A DNA stretch of 63,566 nt, filler included, from Octopus bimaculoides (GCF_001194135.2; 10 parts of 7 records of this genome joined end to end with filler, not necessarily neighbours in it), one strand, 5' to 3'. Positions 48,361-62,232 are shown, numbered from the whole stretch's first letter. Notes: a model not told the origin generated them from the letters alone. A program made the numbers and translations.

Positions 48361-49339
48361 TGTGAAAGACAGGTCTTAGGTACAGCAATGTGCCAGATAT
48401 CTCAGTCGTTAGTCATCTCCTTTGTAAAGCTTAGTAGCTTGAGATCGGCCTTCAAAATATTGTTGAATAATATTGTCTCCATTCATAATTACAAACTTAA
48501 GGGAAATGGCTCCTATATCTTGAAACACTAGATGTCAGAACATTTTAGTAGCTTGGTTTTAGTGATAGTGGTCATATTGATTCAGTAGAATTCTGCAGAT
48601 AGATGGATGTTATGATATTTTCCGTATTTGCTGGTTTATAATAACATCCATTCGTGGATGCTGGTTGCATAACAACACAATTTTTGTTCATTTGCTGCAG
48701 CTATTAAGTTCAACTCTACCAGCACCAATGCCAATTATAAATAAATATTGCTAAGACTGCAATATGATAGGTAAATACTAGGTTTGAGAGAGAGACTGTC
48801 AACTTTAAACCTTGGTAGATGAGAGAAGGTTTTGTTTTTGTTGTAGTTTTGTGAGTAGCTACAAGTAGCTGCTGTACCCATTATAATATCACAGTATCTA
48901 AAATAAGGTTAATCTCTGTTGTAGTTTGGTGAGGAGCTGCTGTAACTGTTTTATTATCATACACAGTATCTCAAGTATAACCAATTTAGTCACTGCTCTG
49001 TATGATATGAGACTTGTTCTGCGTCAATGAAACTGATTGAAAGCAACACCAAGTACTACTGATACTTCATTATGATGTACCATGAAATGGTTATAAAAAA
49101 CACTCATGTATTGATTTTCTCCCCATAAACACATTTTATGGAATGATGATGTGGTCCATTGCTGGGATATAAGCAACAGCCACAAAAAAAATTATTTAAA
49201 ACTTTAACCCCACCCTGCATCAAGTGAGTCCAAAGAAAAACTTACAGAAAAGTATGCTATTAAAATAAATTATCTTTTACACATGTTTATCTTTTTTTAA
49301 CTCACTCTGTCACCTTACTGAAATTCTTTACACATGCAT

Positions 49340-49495
49340 ACATCATCATCGTTTAACGTCCGCTTTCCATGCTAGCATGTGTTGGACGATTTGACTGAGG
49401 ACTGGTGAAACCAGATGGCTACACCAGGCTCCAATCTGATTTGGCAGAGTTTGTACAGCTGGATGCCCTTCCTAATGCCAACCACTCCGTAACAA
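49340..49495 (-). mobile_element. RTE 3' UTR copy
   Basis: catcatcatcgtttaacgtccgctttccatgc...gctggatgcccttcctaatgccaacc. Confidence 0.75.
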
Positions 49496-49831
49496 ACACA
49501 CATAGTGTGAGCGATATACTTTTATAGAGTGGGAAAGTGAAAGAAATAGATAAATGTGAGAGAGAGAATGAGATCTTTTCTGTCTTTGTCACAGATTTCA
49601 AAATTTTTAAATTAAGTGAAAGTTTTCAAATTTGGTATATTAATATATTTTTTTCAGGATGGATCTGTGTTTGTAATTCATTTATTCCAGAAATTTTTTT
49701 TTTAAATGTTACAGAGGTTAAAGTTTGATCATTTTTATCCAATCAGAAAATGGGATTTTTGTTTGTGATAGCTGTGATAAAATGAAAGTAAGCATTAGAA
49801 GATATTTTTAAACAAAATGAAAGTTATGCTT

Positions 49832-50136
49832 GAGAGTTAATACATATACAAAGAGAGTGAGTGTCAAAGAGATAGTTTGATGGTGATAGTGAGTGGGAGA
49901 GTTGTGGTTCTAAAGTTGAGTTATTTCTCATAGAAAATTACGTTTTTTTTATTATTATTTACGAACAACCTTGTCTGTGGAAGAGTTAATACATACACGG
50001 AGTGTCAAAGAGTATAGTAAATACAGAGAGATAGTTTGATGATGATAGTGGGAGAGTTGTGGTTCTAAAGTGGAGTTATTTCTCAAAGAAAATTACGTTT
50101 TTTTTTATTATTATTTATGAACAACATTGTCTGTGG
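49832..50136. repeat. Tandem duplication of ~150 bp
   Basis: 49832-49980 vs 49981-50136 share gagttaatacata...gagagttgtggttctaaag...ttgtctgtgg. Confidence 0.9.
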
Positions 50137-50267
50137 GATGCAGAATTCAAAAATCAAATTTGTTTTTCTCAAGGATTCACTGTTTCAGAGCCTTTTTACG
50201 TTAAACACTCATACATAACCACATACATTCACATTTATATATATGTGTGTGTGTGTGTGTGAGTATA

Positions 50268-50910
50268 TGTCATCATCATCATCATCATTTAACGTCCATT
50301 GTCCATGCTGGCATGGGTTGGACTGTTTGAGCAGGGCTGGTAAGCTGAGGGGCTGCACCAAACTCCAGTCTGATTTGGCATGGTTTCTACAGCTTGATAC
50401 CCTTTCTAATGTTAACCACTCTGAGAGTGTAATGGGTGCTTTTGTGTGACACCAGTATCTTCCACGACTATGATTTCACTTGGCTTGATGGATCTTCTTC
50501 TCAAGTAAAGCATATTGCCAAAGGTCTTGGTCATTTGCAATTGCCTCTATAAGGCCCAATGCTTGAAAGGTGCTTTTTATGTGCTACCAGTAGGGGTGCT
50601 AGCTATGCGACACTGGCATCGGCCACATAGCCTCCGTGAGATCCAACACTCAAAAGGTGCTTTTTACATGTCTCCGGCACAGGTGTCAGTTACATGACAC
50701 CAACAACAGCCACAACTATGATTTCACTTGGCTTGACTGGTCTTCTCAAGCATGATATCGCCAAAGGTTACGATCACTCGTCATTGCGTCCATGAGGCCC
50801 AATGTTCGAAGATCATGCTTCACCACTTCATCTCATGTCTTCCTGGGTCTCCCTCTGCTACAGCTTCTCTCCACTGTTAGAGATAGGCACTTCTTCACAC
50901 AGCTGTCCAC
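50268..50910 (-). mobile_element. RTE-clade LINE 3' end with duplicated ORF-end/UTR block
   Basis: CVKKCLSLTVERSCSRGRPRKT*DEVVKHDLRTLGL..AMTSDRNLW; the block ctatgatttcacttggcttga occurs twice; (ATG)n tail. Confidence 0.8.
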
Positions 50911-51436
50911 ATCCATGTTTATATATTGTATGTGAGTATATATATTTATAATATGAGTGTATATATATATATCAGTGGCGTGCGGTGATTTCTGGGGTTG
51001 GGCATGCAATGAATTTCTCCCCCCCCTCCCCGGCAATTTTTCAGTAAATAAATTTTCGTATTCCTACAATTTACATAGGGGAGATTCTGAATATGCAATC
51101 ACCCCCGTATGACCTAGAATAAGCAGGGAATAAAAAATGGCTCTGTAAAGATGAGCCTGAAATAAGTGTATTGTTTGTATTTTTCTCTCTCTTCAAAACG
51201 TCAGTACTTTCCCATCCTCACTCTCCCTTAAAAAGTCTAAAAATCATAAGTGAAATGTAATAAAGATGAAATTGGATTCTGTTAATATTTTTGCATATTC
51301 GGAATCTCTGTTAAAGGTAGGAATCAGAAAAAAATTNNNNNNNNNNNNNNNNNNNNNNNNNNNNNNNNNNNNNNNNNNNNTTAATTAATTAANNNNNNNN
51401 NNNNNNNNNNNNNNNNNNNNNNNNNNNNNNNNNNNN

Positions 51437-51467
<31 letters not shown>

Positions 51468-52711
51468 TTATATATGGTGTATTATATATTATATATTATA
51501 CATTATACACCATATAACATGTATGTGTGTATGTATATATCTATGTGTGTACATGTGTGCATGCATGCATATGTATGTTAGTATGTGTGTGTGTGTTTGT
51601 GTGCATGAGTGCATGAATTACTGTATATATGCATATGTATGGGGGTGGGTGTTGAAAATATAAATAGACCAGCACACATGTTTATGGATGCATTATGTAC
51701 ATTTAATGTACACACACAAACATGTACACACGTATAAATATATATGTATGTGTGTGTGTATGAATTTATGTATGTATGCATATGTATGTATACATATTTA
51801 TACATATGGATGTGTGTGTGTGCATGTGAAAACACAGACATACACACATATACATAGATGTATTATCTGAAATACCACATACAAGCAAACACACACATAT
51901 GCACGTACACACATGTACAAACACACACACACACACACACACATACATACATGCACACAGAGAGGCTAGAAACTAGCTCAATTCTTCAAACTGACTCACT
52001 TTAAGGTGTTTGTTTTTTGTCTTGTGTTGCCATCTATGTCAAGAGTCTCCTTCAACATGTGTCTTTCAGTCTCTCTCTCTCTCTCTCCTCGCATACCTAA
52101 TTAAGAACATTTCACCTCTTTCTCACAACTTCATTATATATTTATATCTGATAAATATTCCATATTGTAACAACGTGACCAAGAATGTCACTGGCCAAGA
52201 TGTCACTGACCAAATGTTGATTTGCTACAATTCTGGTGAGAGGGACAAGGAAATGTCTATTTTGATTTGAAAAAATTTATTCATAGAGCACCTCCCAAAT
52301 GTTAATATCTTTCATGGTTCTAACTCATTGGAAGACACGTACACACACACACACATTCATATGTATTTGTATGCAAGCATGTATATACATATGCACAAAT
52401 AAATGTATGTAACTGTATGTGTGTATGATTGTATATGCATGCATACATAGGAACATACATACAAATACACACACACACACATACGCTTGTATATACATTC
52501 ATGCACACACACACATACACATACACATATTTTTTGGACAATTATGGTTCCTGTTAGAGAACATATTTTCATTCATGTGCATTACAGCATTTTAGCTCTT
52601 ATTTCTAGCAATGTAGGTGTTTTTTTAACACTCTAGTCACATTTAGTGACAATTATAATTCTCCATTTTGGTGAAACATTGCAGCCTGCAGATTACATTA
52701 ATTTTGATACC

Positions 52712-52743
<32 letters not shown>

Positions 52744-52843
52744 NNNNNNNNNNNNNNNNNNNNNNNNNNNNNNNNNNNNNNNNNNNNTTAATTAATTAAN
52801 NNNNNNNNNNNNNNNNNNNNNNNNNNNNNNNNNNNNNNNNNNN

Positions 52844-53059
52844 AACAAAAACACCAGGACTTACAAATATATATAACATACAGAAAATTGCACTACTGGG
52901 TACTGCACACATTCTACGCAAAACACTTTCAATACAGTAAACATAAGAGCACCACAGCAAACCACAGCACATACCCAAGGCGCACAGAGCTGCGCTCGGT
53001 AGTGAAGTGAAAGCACGTTATAAAAATAAAACTACTGAATAATAATAATAATAATAATA
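52844..53059 (+). mobile_element. R4/Dong-type LINE extreme 3' end, 3' UTR and (AAT)n tail
   Basis: IQKIALLGTAHILRKTLSIQ*, then UTR, then aataataat. Confidence 0.85.
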
Positions 53060-53468
53060 CAGAATAGACAACACACAACAGAAAGTGATAAGTGCAGAAT
53101 TTGTGGACAAAATGGTGAAACTGTATGGCATATTACCAGTCAAAAGTACACCACTAGCCCAGAAAGAATATAAGAGACGTCATGACAATATAGCAAGGAT
53201 TGTCCATTGGACACTTTGCAACAAGTATGGACTTGACAGAGCAAAAATGTGGTACGAACATAAACCCGAAGGCATCATCGAAAATGATAATGCAAAGATC
53301 CGGTGGGAATTTATGATTCAGTGCGACCATGTGATAGAGAATAGGAAGCCAGACATATTGTTAATTGATAAAGAAACCAAACGATGCTGGATCATAGATA
53401 TAGCATGTCCAGCTGACAACAAGGTATGCGATAAGGAAGAAAGAAAAGTCGAGAGATATTCAGCCTTA
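53060..53468 (+). mobile_element. R4/Dong-type LINE CCHC + restriction-like endonuclease fragment
   Basis: DKCRICGQNGETVWHI; frameshift; YKRRHDNIARIVHWTLC..WYEHKPE..ENDNAKIRWEF.IQCD..IENRKPDILLIDK...IIDIACPADNKV.DKEERKVERY. Confidence 0.9.
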
Positions 53469-53612
<144 letters not shown>

Positions 53613-54069
53613 ACTCCTAAAATATATGGTTGTTCTTGTTTTGTCTCAAGTCAGTTCTTGTCGAACCGATCCATGTTCCAAGGCGTCCAGTATCCTTAAA
53701 TTTTTTTATATCGGGGACTAAATTTTCCAATATGCTCTCTTTCTTTTTTAACACATGATGGTAGGATGTGATTTTAGAGTGATTTGTCTACTATTTCTAG
53801 CTGGTCAAGTTATTGTCTAGAGGCAGTTTTGCTTTCCTTTTATAAGAGCTATTTTGAGTGTTTTTTTTATTATTTTCTTTTAAGGTGAAAGTTGTTTTAT
53901 ACAAACACGGCAAAGCAGTTGTCAATGTGCTGTTTACTGGAAATGGAAGCTTTCTAACAACCTGGTTTAACGGCGCTAGGCTTCAAGACTCTCCATGGAC
54001 TGATTTGAACCACGACCCCGCAGTAGCCAATAAATTTGCAATCAGAAGACAATAGTAAGTTGATACATT

Positions 54070-54340
54070 CTCCTCATCCTCCTCCTCCTCCTCAAACACA
54101 CCAACATCAAGCGATGGTGGGGAGACAAACACAGACGCAAAGACACACACACATACACACACACGCACACACAAATATATATAAATACATATATACACGA
54201 CGGGCTTCTTTCAGTTTCCATCTATCAAATTCACTTACAAGGCTTTGGTCGGCCCAAAGCTATAGAAGAAAACACTTGCCCAAGGTGCCACACAGTGGGA
54301 CTGAACCCGAAACCATGTGGTTGGGAAGCAAGCTTATTAT
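54070..54340 (-). mobile_element. SINE family A
   Basis: gacgggcttctttcagtttcc...cccaaggtgccacacagtgggactgaaccc. Confidence 0.85.
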
Positions 54341-55277
54341 TACTTTTCGAGCTGTTTCTTCTTCTTCTTCTTCTTCTTCTTCTTCTTCTTCTCAACTTGC
54401 TCAGTTTTGGTAGGTCTTGACAAATACACTTATATCGATTGGGACAGTCATATCAATTGTTATATATATATATACGCACCCATACACACACATGTAAGCA
54501 CACCTATTCACCAACACACCACACACACACACACACATATGCATGCACTCACACGCTCAGACTCGCCCACACACTTATACAAACGCACATACACGCACAC
54601 ACTTGCGCATACACACACACGCTAACAATCACTCAAACATACACACACACACCCAAACATACACACCCTTGCACACATAACCCACATATACCCCTATTCA
54701 CAAATACCTCCCACACACCTGACAACCCATACATACCCCCCATTCACACATACCTCCCATACACCTACACACACCTTACATATATACGTGCACGCCTACA
54801 TACACAGCCGCATACACATGCACACACATAAACACACACNNNNNNNNNNNNNNNNNNNNNNNNNNNNNNNNNNNNNNNNNNNNTTAATTAATTAANNNNN
54901 NNNNNNNNNNNNNNNNNNNNNNNNNNNNNNNNNNNNNNNTATATATATATATATATATGTCTCTTTATATATAAAGATATGTCTCTTTATATATAAAGAT
55001 ATCAGAAATGTTTGTGTGTGTGTGTGTGCAAACATATGTATATAGCTATCTATATGCATATATATATATATAAATACATATATATTTTCGCACTCATAAA
55101 TACATTAATTATTCATCTATCACAATCGCACATCATACACATACACACACACTTGTACAAACAGGTTTAGATTTTTCTGATATACACAGAATTGTGTGAT
55201 TAGGGATTCCAAAAATTCATGAAAGAACTCAAAATGTTTGGAATAAAGTGTTTTCTCTGTAATGCATGTGTGTGTGT

Positions 55278-55317
<40 letters not shown>

Positions 55318-55745
55318 TGTGAGCGGTTATGTTTCCATATGTGTGTACGTAGGTCTTTTATGTTTGCAAATAAATGACTATACATATACATGAGTATGAA
55401 TTTGAGTATACATATACAAATGTATATTATATTAAATATTGTCTCTTATATAGATGTATTTACATACACGTACATATATTAAATATACACATAGTCACGT
55501 GTGAGTTTTTTCTGAGTAAATGTGTTTGTGTGTATGTGTGTGTAATCACATATATGATATCTGGGGAGTTTTATGTTGTTGGTTTCTTTTCTTTTTTTTG
55601 TTCTGTGTGCGTCTTTTTTTGTATATTTCTGTATATGCACATATGCACAAGATCAAAACATTACTGTCATTCGGAGAGAAATATATAAATATATAACATG
55701 AAAACATGTACCGATATCTTTATATTTACACACACACATATCTAA

Positions 55746-55786
<41 letters not shown>

Positions 55787-56264
55787 GATATAAGATATAT
55801 AGATATAAATATAGATATGTATGAATAAATAAATATATACGTGTCTGTGTATGTATGTGTGTGTATGTGCGTGTGTGTGTGCGGTAATAGAAAAATGGTA
55901 ATAGGAGATAGTCTTACGTTCCACTGAGATCTAAGAGAGTAAAGGGTTTCCTAGAAACCAATAGAATTTGGTAAGAATTACTCATGCACATATTCAAACA
56001 GGTTAAGTTCTCTTTGAGAGACATATCCCAATAGAAAATGGGGGAAAAAATAAAAGAAAGAAATAAAGTGATCAAAAAGTTTTTCTCTATAATATCTCCA
56101 GTTAATATTTTCCACACAGGAAGGATGTCCGCCTTTGCTCTTCCACTCAGAGTAAATCTACAGCAGTAGTGTAATGAGAAACACGTAGGTTTTTTTTTTT
56201 GTTTTTTTTAATGATATTTTTGCATTTGACTTATTCATTTATATATCTGCATTTATGATTGTAG

Positions 56265-56410
56265 TGTTCGGTTGGCAGAATTACTAAAGCCTCAGGTAGA
56301 CACTTTGCAATAATAGTTCCAGTTATTTTAAAGTTCAAATCCTACTGATGGTAACTTTACCTTTCATCCTTCTGGGTTCGATTAATAAAGTACCAATCAA
56401 GAAATACATT
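56265..56410 (+). mobile_element. SINE family B (diverged)
   Basis: ttggcagaatt...aagttcaaatcc...ctttacctttcatcc...aaagtacca. Confidence 0.6.
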
Positions 56411-56714
56411 TAATTTTTCTGTCACTCAGGACCAGCCATGCTGTCCTGTGAAATAGTCATGGAGTCATTATGCTACAATCTCTTCTCATCCAACACTTTC
56501 TATATTAAACCAGGCGATGTACTAAGACCACCACACAAGAACATGTTTATACAGTTCTTTCTACCCAATATCACTGCCAAGTTTATGGTAGAAGAAATTT
56601 GTTACCAGTGCCACACTAGGTTATAACATAGAAACATTCAATTATACAATCTAATGCTTTAGCCAGACAACCATTGTAAATAGTAGACAAATCTTTTTCA
56701 AATCAAATTCTACC

Positions 56715-56930
56715 ATCATCATTTAACGTTGTATTCCATGCTGGAGTGGGTTAGACAATTTGAATTAAGTGAGTCACAGGATTGTATCAAGCTTCATGTC
56801 AGCTTTGACATCGTTTCTACGGCTGGTTTCCCTTCTTAACATCAACCACTTTACGGAATGTACTGAATGCTTTTTACATGGCACCAGCAGTACTGAGGTC
56901 ACCAAGTAACTTGCAGAATAAGACTCCCTC
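56715..56930 (-). mobile_element. RTE 3' UTR copy
   Basis: catcatcatttaacgt...ccatgctgg...gtttctacggctgg. Confidence 0.7.
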
Positions 56931-56939
56931 ACCTGCCAG

Positions 56940-57470
56940 AGGAATAGTATTGAGGAACAGAAAAAGTGTATTCCATTAAACGAGACGCATAGCTACCTCT
57001 GAAGGCGGTGAAGGTATTTGCCAGGCACTTGTCCGAACGGTTCGCTTCTATGGTTGTGAGACCTGGCCAATGCACGTTGCCGATCACCAGAAGCTGGAGG
57101 TCTTCGATTGCTTCTGTATTCGTCGTCTTCTCCGACTGCATTTCGAACCGACAACTTTGTGCTCTCTGCGCTCTCTAACCTCTTGATGGAACTCTTCTGA
57201 CGAGGAGACTACAGTGGTTTGGTCACGCGTTGCGGCGTCCCCATGACGAACTCGTCCGGAGGACAATAGCACCAGATCCTCCCACCAGGTTGGCGTAAGC
57301 GGAGCAGGTCAGCTGAAGACGTGGCTCACAACAGTTAAAGCGGGTATAGAGCTCGTTTCCGGCTCTCGAGTCTTTGGCGTTCGTCGCTGAAACCGGGAAC
57401 GGCTTCAACACGCGGCAGAATCAGCCGCCGACAAGTGTGCATGGACCGCTTTGACCCGTGAATTCAATAG
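56940..57470 (+). mobile_element. RTE-clade LINE C-terminal fragment
   Basis: FYGCETWPMHVADHQKLEVFDCFCIRRLL; RRLQWFGHALRRPHDELVR; QLKTWLTTVK. Confidence 0.85.
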
Positions 57471-58422
57471 GAGTTGAATTAGTTCAATGACTAAAAGAAG
57501 TACATATAAAACAAAAGGCCGTTGTAGTGCCATACACTATGACATACATGCATAACATGATGTAACATCATATTTGCATATTTCAAACAAATCAACATTG
57601 GCTGTAAGCATCAGCGAAAATCTAGTGATTTTCGATTAAGTTCACTGAACTACAGGAATTTCAACCATGTTTCGTGGTCTGCTACCACAACAGCTCCTTT
57701 ATAGGATCCAGTTAGCTCAAGACATCATCAGGAGGAACCACGTCTGGTTTCGGCCCCTACTCCTCTACCGTTTTGACGTGGCGGGGCCCCTCCTTTCGGA
57801 GGTGTCTTCAGCTCCGGTGTTGGGTGCATGTCTTCTTTCTTCTATTCCCTGGCCTCTTCGATGCAGCATCAACGAGTGTCGGCGTCCGACAGGTGCTCTC
57901 TTATCACTTTCACCTTCAGAAATGCAGTGAACTAGTAGTGGTCGGCCAAGTTGAAACCTGTAAGCAATGACACTGCTGTTCACAAATAGAAATATTTGAT
58001 GGTGAGGTTTAACAAAGGCAGAGAGAGAGAGAGGGGGTGATGATGATGATGATGATGATGATAGTGGTGAATTGAAAGGTGTACGAAAACTGAAATATGT
58101 ATTGGCTCTGACCCATTGACTTGGCTTATATGTTACCAACAATGTGGTTTTCAGAGTATGCCATGTTGTATTAGATTTTTACCCCCACGAAATTTAACAT
58201 CTAAAATAATTCTTTTTACAATATTTTTTTTTGTTTTCTAGGTATGAAATTGTGACCATGTAAATATTAAAATGTAGATACGCATAAGTGGGCTGGCTAC
58301 ACCCCTGGCAGATTATATATATNNNNNNNNNNNNNNNNNNNNNNNNNNNNNNNNNNNNNNNNNNNNTTAATTAATTAANNNNNNNNNNNNNNNNNNNNNN
58401 NNNNNNNNNNNNNNNNNNNNNN

Positions 58423-58558
58423 GACGGGCTTCTTTCAGTTTCTGTCTACCAAATCCACTCATATGGATTTGGTCGGCCCGAGGCTATAGTAGGAGGCACT
58501 TGCCCAAGGTTCCACGCCGTGGGACTGAACCCGGAAACATGTGGATCGTAAGCCCGTC

Positions 58559-58602
<44 letters not shown>

Positions 58603-58651
58603 NNNNNNNNNNNNNNNNNNNNNNNNNNNNNNNNNNNNNNNTAAGCCCGTC

Positions 58652-58695
<44 letters not shown>

Positions 58696-59040
58696 GACGG
58701 GCTTCTTTCAGTTTCTGTCTACCAAATCCACTCACAAGGCTTTGGTCGGCACGAGGCTATAGTAGAAGACACTTGCCCAAGATGCCACGCAGTAGGGCTG
58801 AACCCGGAACCATGTGTTTGGTAAGCAATCTACTTACCACACAGCCACTCCTATATATATGTATATATATATATATATATGATAGGCTTCTTTCAGTTTC
58901 CGTCTACCAAATCCACTCACAAGGCTTTGGTCGGCCCGAGGCTATAGTAGAAGACACTTGCCCAAGGTGTCACGCAATAGGACTGAACCCGGAACCATGT
59001 GTTTGGTATGCAATCTACTCACCACACAGCCACTCCTACG
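58423..59040 (-). mobile_element. Cluster of three SINE family A heads separated by (TA)n
   Basis: gacgggcttctttcagttt...gaacccggaa repeated at ~58423, ~58695 and ~58883. Confidence 0.85.
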
Positions 59041-59714
59041 CCTATATGATAATATATGTTAATTTATGATAATATATGTTTATTTATTTAATTTTAGAGA
59101 TTTCGTTTTGTAATTTGAAGCCTAGATGCCCGTACCGCACGCGGTTTTGCGCAGGGAAATGGCTAAATCATTCGTTTGGGTTAATTACGCGGTTTAATTT
59201 AGATTTAAATTGATGGGGAAAATGCTTGGATCGAAGACTGATCCCTTTTATTTTTTAGGGGCCGCCTGGTTAGGAGAAAACCTCACGTTGGTCGCAAAAA
59301 TCTCGAATATACAGAGGCCCGTATATTGGCAAAGTCAGCGCTACAAGTACATATGCGACAGGACCTGCACGGATAACGATGACTTTAAGGTGACACAAAC
59401 AGGCGATGTAACTACACTGTTGATACGAAGGGTCGAATGGAGGTTTTCGAATTGGAAGGTCCTGGATCGAAACATGGCCGGAGGACAAATCGTTTTGGAT
59501 ATAAAAGGTAAGCTAAATTGTTCGACCCCTCGTCCTTCATCTGGCCCCAGTTTCTTTTCTAGTTGGGGCATACGACAGCCAACGCCATCACTTAATACAT
59601 GGGGTGTAGCGCTAAGGGTCCAACATATTAGCGGTAATAGAGTTGGGTGTCTTAAGGGATGAGGAATTATGTACATTGTTTACAACTGATGGCTATTTCA
59701 CCCTCATCTTGTTT

Positions 59715-59750
59715 GTTGTTAACACAACGTTTCGGCTGATATACCCTCCA
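59715..59750 (-). ncRNA. Possible 3' half of a hammerhead, rest lost in the gap
   Basis: Minus strand ...tggagggtatatcagcc-GAAAC-GTT-gtgtt; the CUGANGA half would lie in the N-run. Confidence 0.3.
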
Positions 59751-60123
59751 NNNNNNNNNNNNNNNNNNNNNNNNNNNNNNNNNNNNNNNNNNNNTTAATT
59801 AATTAANNNNNNNNNNNNNNNNNNNNNNNNNNNNNNNNNNNNNNNNNNNNCCCCCCATCACCGCTTGACAACCTGGAGCGGAGTCCACTCTGTTGCAAGC
59901 ATTCGGACCAGGTCTCTGGTTTCATATCTAGCTCCCACGCACCAACCTTGGAAATCCTGTAAATGCACGCCTGTCGAATAAAAGATTAAGGATGAGGAGG
60001 ATGCAAGTAAAAAATCTATCTTTAGTGCCGTTGGCAAAAGTATTTTTTATAAGCAGCAGATAGATCGGGAAGTAAAACTTGATTGATGTCTTTAAACGTA
60101 CACTTTGTGTTCTGATTCCATGT

Positions 60124-60575
60124 AAGGCGGTGAGCTGGCAGAATTACGTGTCAGACTAAATGCTTGGCAGTATTTCTTGTAACGCTTTACGTTCTGATTT
60201 CAAATCCCGCTCAGGTCGACTTTACCTTTGTTCATCTCGAAGTCGATTGAATAAAGTATCAGTAAACTATTCGGGTTGATGTTATTGACTTCCACCCCTC
60301 CCCTGCAAGATAGTTGACCCCGTGCCAAAGTTAGAAAGATTAGAAGGAATTATTTAATGAAAATGAACGAGATAGCAGAATCCATCACAGCGTCGAAAAA
60401 AATGCGTTTTGTGGTATTCGTTCCATTCTAATTTCAAATCCCATCTGGGTCAATGATGACTTTCATCTCTCCGGAATCGATAAGCTAAAATACCATTCAA
60501 GTACTGGGATCAATAGTATCGACTAATAGTCTCACCTAAAAATTCCTGGCTTTATGCCAAAATTTGAAAAAAATT
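60124..60575 (+). mobile_element. Two tandem SINE family B copies
   Basis: ggcggtgagctggcagaatt...gatttcaaatccc; second head gagatagcagaatc...atttcaaatccc. Confidence 0.75.
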
Positions 60576-61214
60576 CCATCTGTATTCGAAATAATGTTCA
60601 AAGTAATTTTTTTACTTCCTTTCTCTTTTATTATATCATCCACATTTCAATATCTTTTTCTCAACAATTTCTTCTTCCAAATTTCTGTCAATCACTGTAT
60701 TACGGCGAATGAATTCATTTCCATTCCACAACAGGAATAAATAATTTACTTCATTTACACGTTACTATAAACATTGCATTAACAACAGATTTAGGCTCTC
60801 CGTCATTTTAATATAGATTTGCTGCTTTGCTCTATGACTGTATATCATAACCCCATAAATCTCCTGCCTTCTCTTTCTGCTCACATGATTGCTTGTTTCT
60901 TATTCCAGCCTACTTTTTCGATATACCACTACAGAAACGTATTCAATTTCTAGTTTTCTATCTTAAATATTTTTGTCAACTACCTTAATATTTTCTCTTC
61001 GTTGTGCACTGTGGTAGATGAATTAAAGTACCAGTAAAGTACTGGGGATGATATATTAGAACAAACCCAGTCCACATACATTTCTGATCTGGGACCTTTT
61101 CTCTCTCTTCTTTTCGTTATTTCTTTCTTCTCTCTCATCACGTAACAATATTCCATAATATTACTTTTACAGTTCCAATTCACATGAATATACGTATACA
61201 CGCGCGCGCGCATA

Positions 61215-61263
<49 letters not shown>

Positions 61264-61691
61264 GCACACACATAAATGCATATAGACAAACACTATGTAC
61301 GTATAAACATTTTGTTATCAAAATCTTCGACGCGTGAGCATAACAAACACACACATGCGCACACAAACGCACACATGTGCGCACAAACACACACACAAAC
61401 ACACATATATAACAAGCAAAGCTTCATCAAGATCAAACAGTAATGGCCTAATTAGGTGGAAGATTGATCTCTAATTGATTAAAATAATGTAATAATATGG
61501 AAGTGTGTTAGAAAGATGGCGGAATAGAGCCAAGCATTAAATTGATTTGTATTCAACATTGTAACAGATTTAATACAACATTGGACGTAACAGCCATAAT
61601 GCTTCCATTCTCTCTCTCTCTCTTTCTCTCTCTCTTTCCCTCTCTCTGTCTTTCTCTCTCTCCTCCCTCTCTTTCTCTTGCTGTCTGCCTT

Positions 61692-61740
<49 letters not shown>

Positions 61741-62114
61741 CTATCTATCCAACTGTCTCTCCTACTTTCTCTTTCGATCACATATACACATTGCTCGGTC
61801 TTTCTATATTTGTAATTCTATGTCTGCATATTTGTGTGTGATAGTATATACATACATACACACACAGACACACACACACACAGACACACACACACACACA
61901 CACAGACACACACACACACACACACATACACACACACACACATACACACACACATATATATATATGTGTATATATGTATGTATATATATATGCATACATA
62001 CATATACCAGTGTGTGTATACAAATGTGTGTGCGTGCTGTGTTCCTATGCATATATAGTTATCCGTTTCAGCTGTTTGTGTGTGTAGTGGTTGTCTTTGC
62101 GTATTCGGATTTTT

Positions 62115-62232
62115 ACCATTTTTACGGCTGCAGTCAGATGACCTTGGGCAAGTGTCTTCTACTATAGCATCGGGCCGACTAAAGCCTTGTGAGTGGATTT
62201 GGTAGACGGAAACAGAAAGAAGCCCGTCGTAT
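62115..62232 (+). mobile_element. SINE family A core fragment
   Basis: ccttgggcaagtgtcttctactatagc...gtagacggaaacagaaagaagcccgtcg. Confidence 0.8.
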
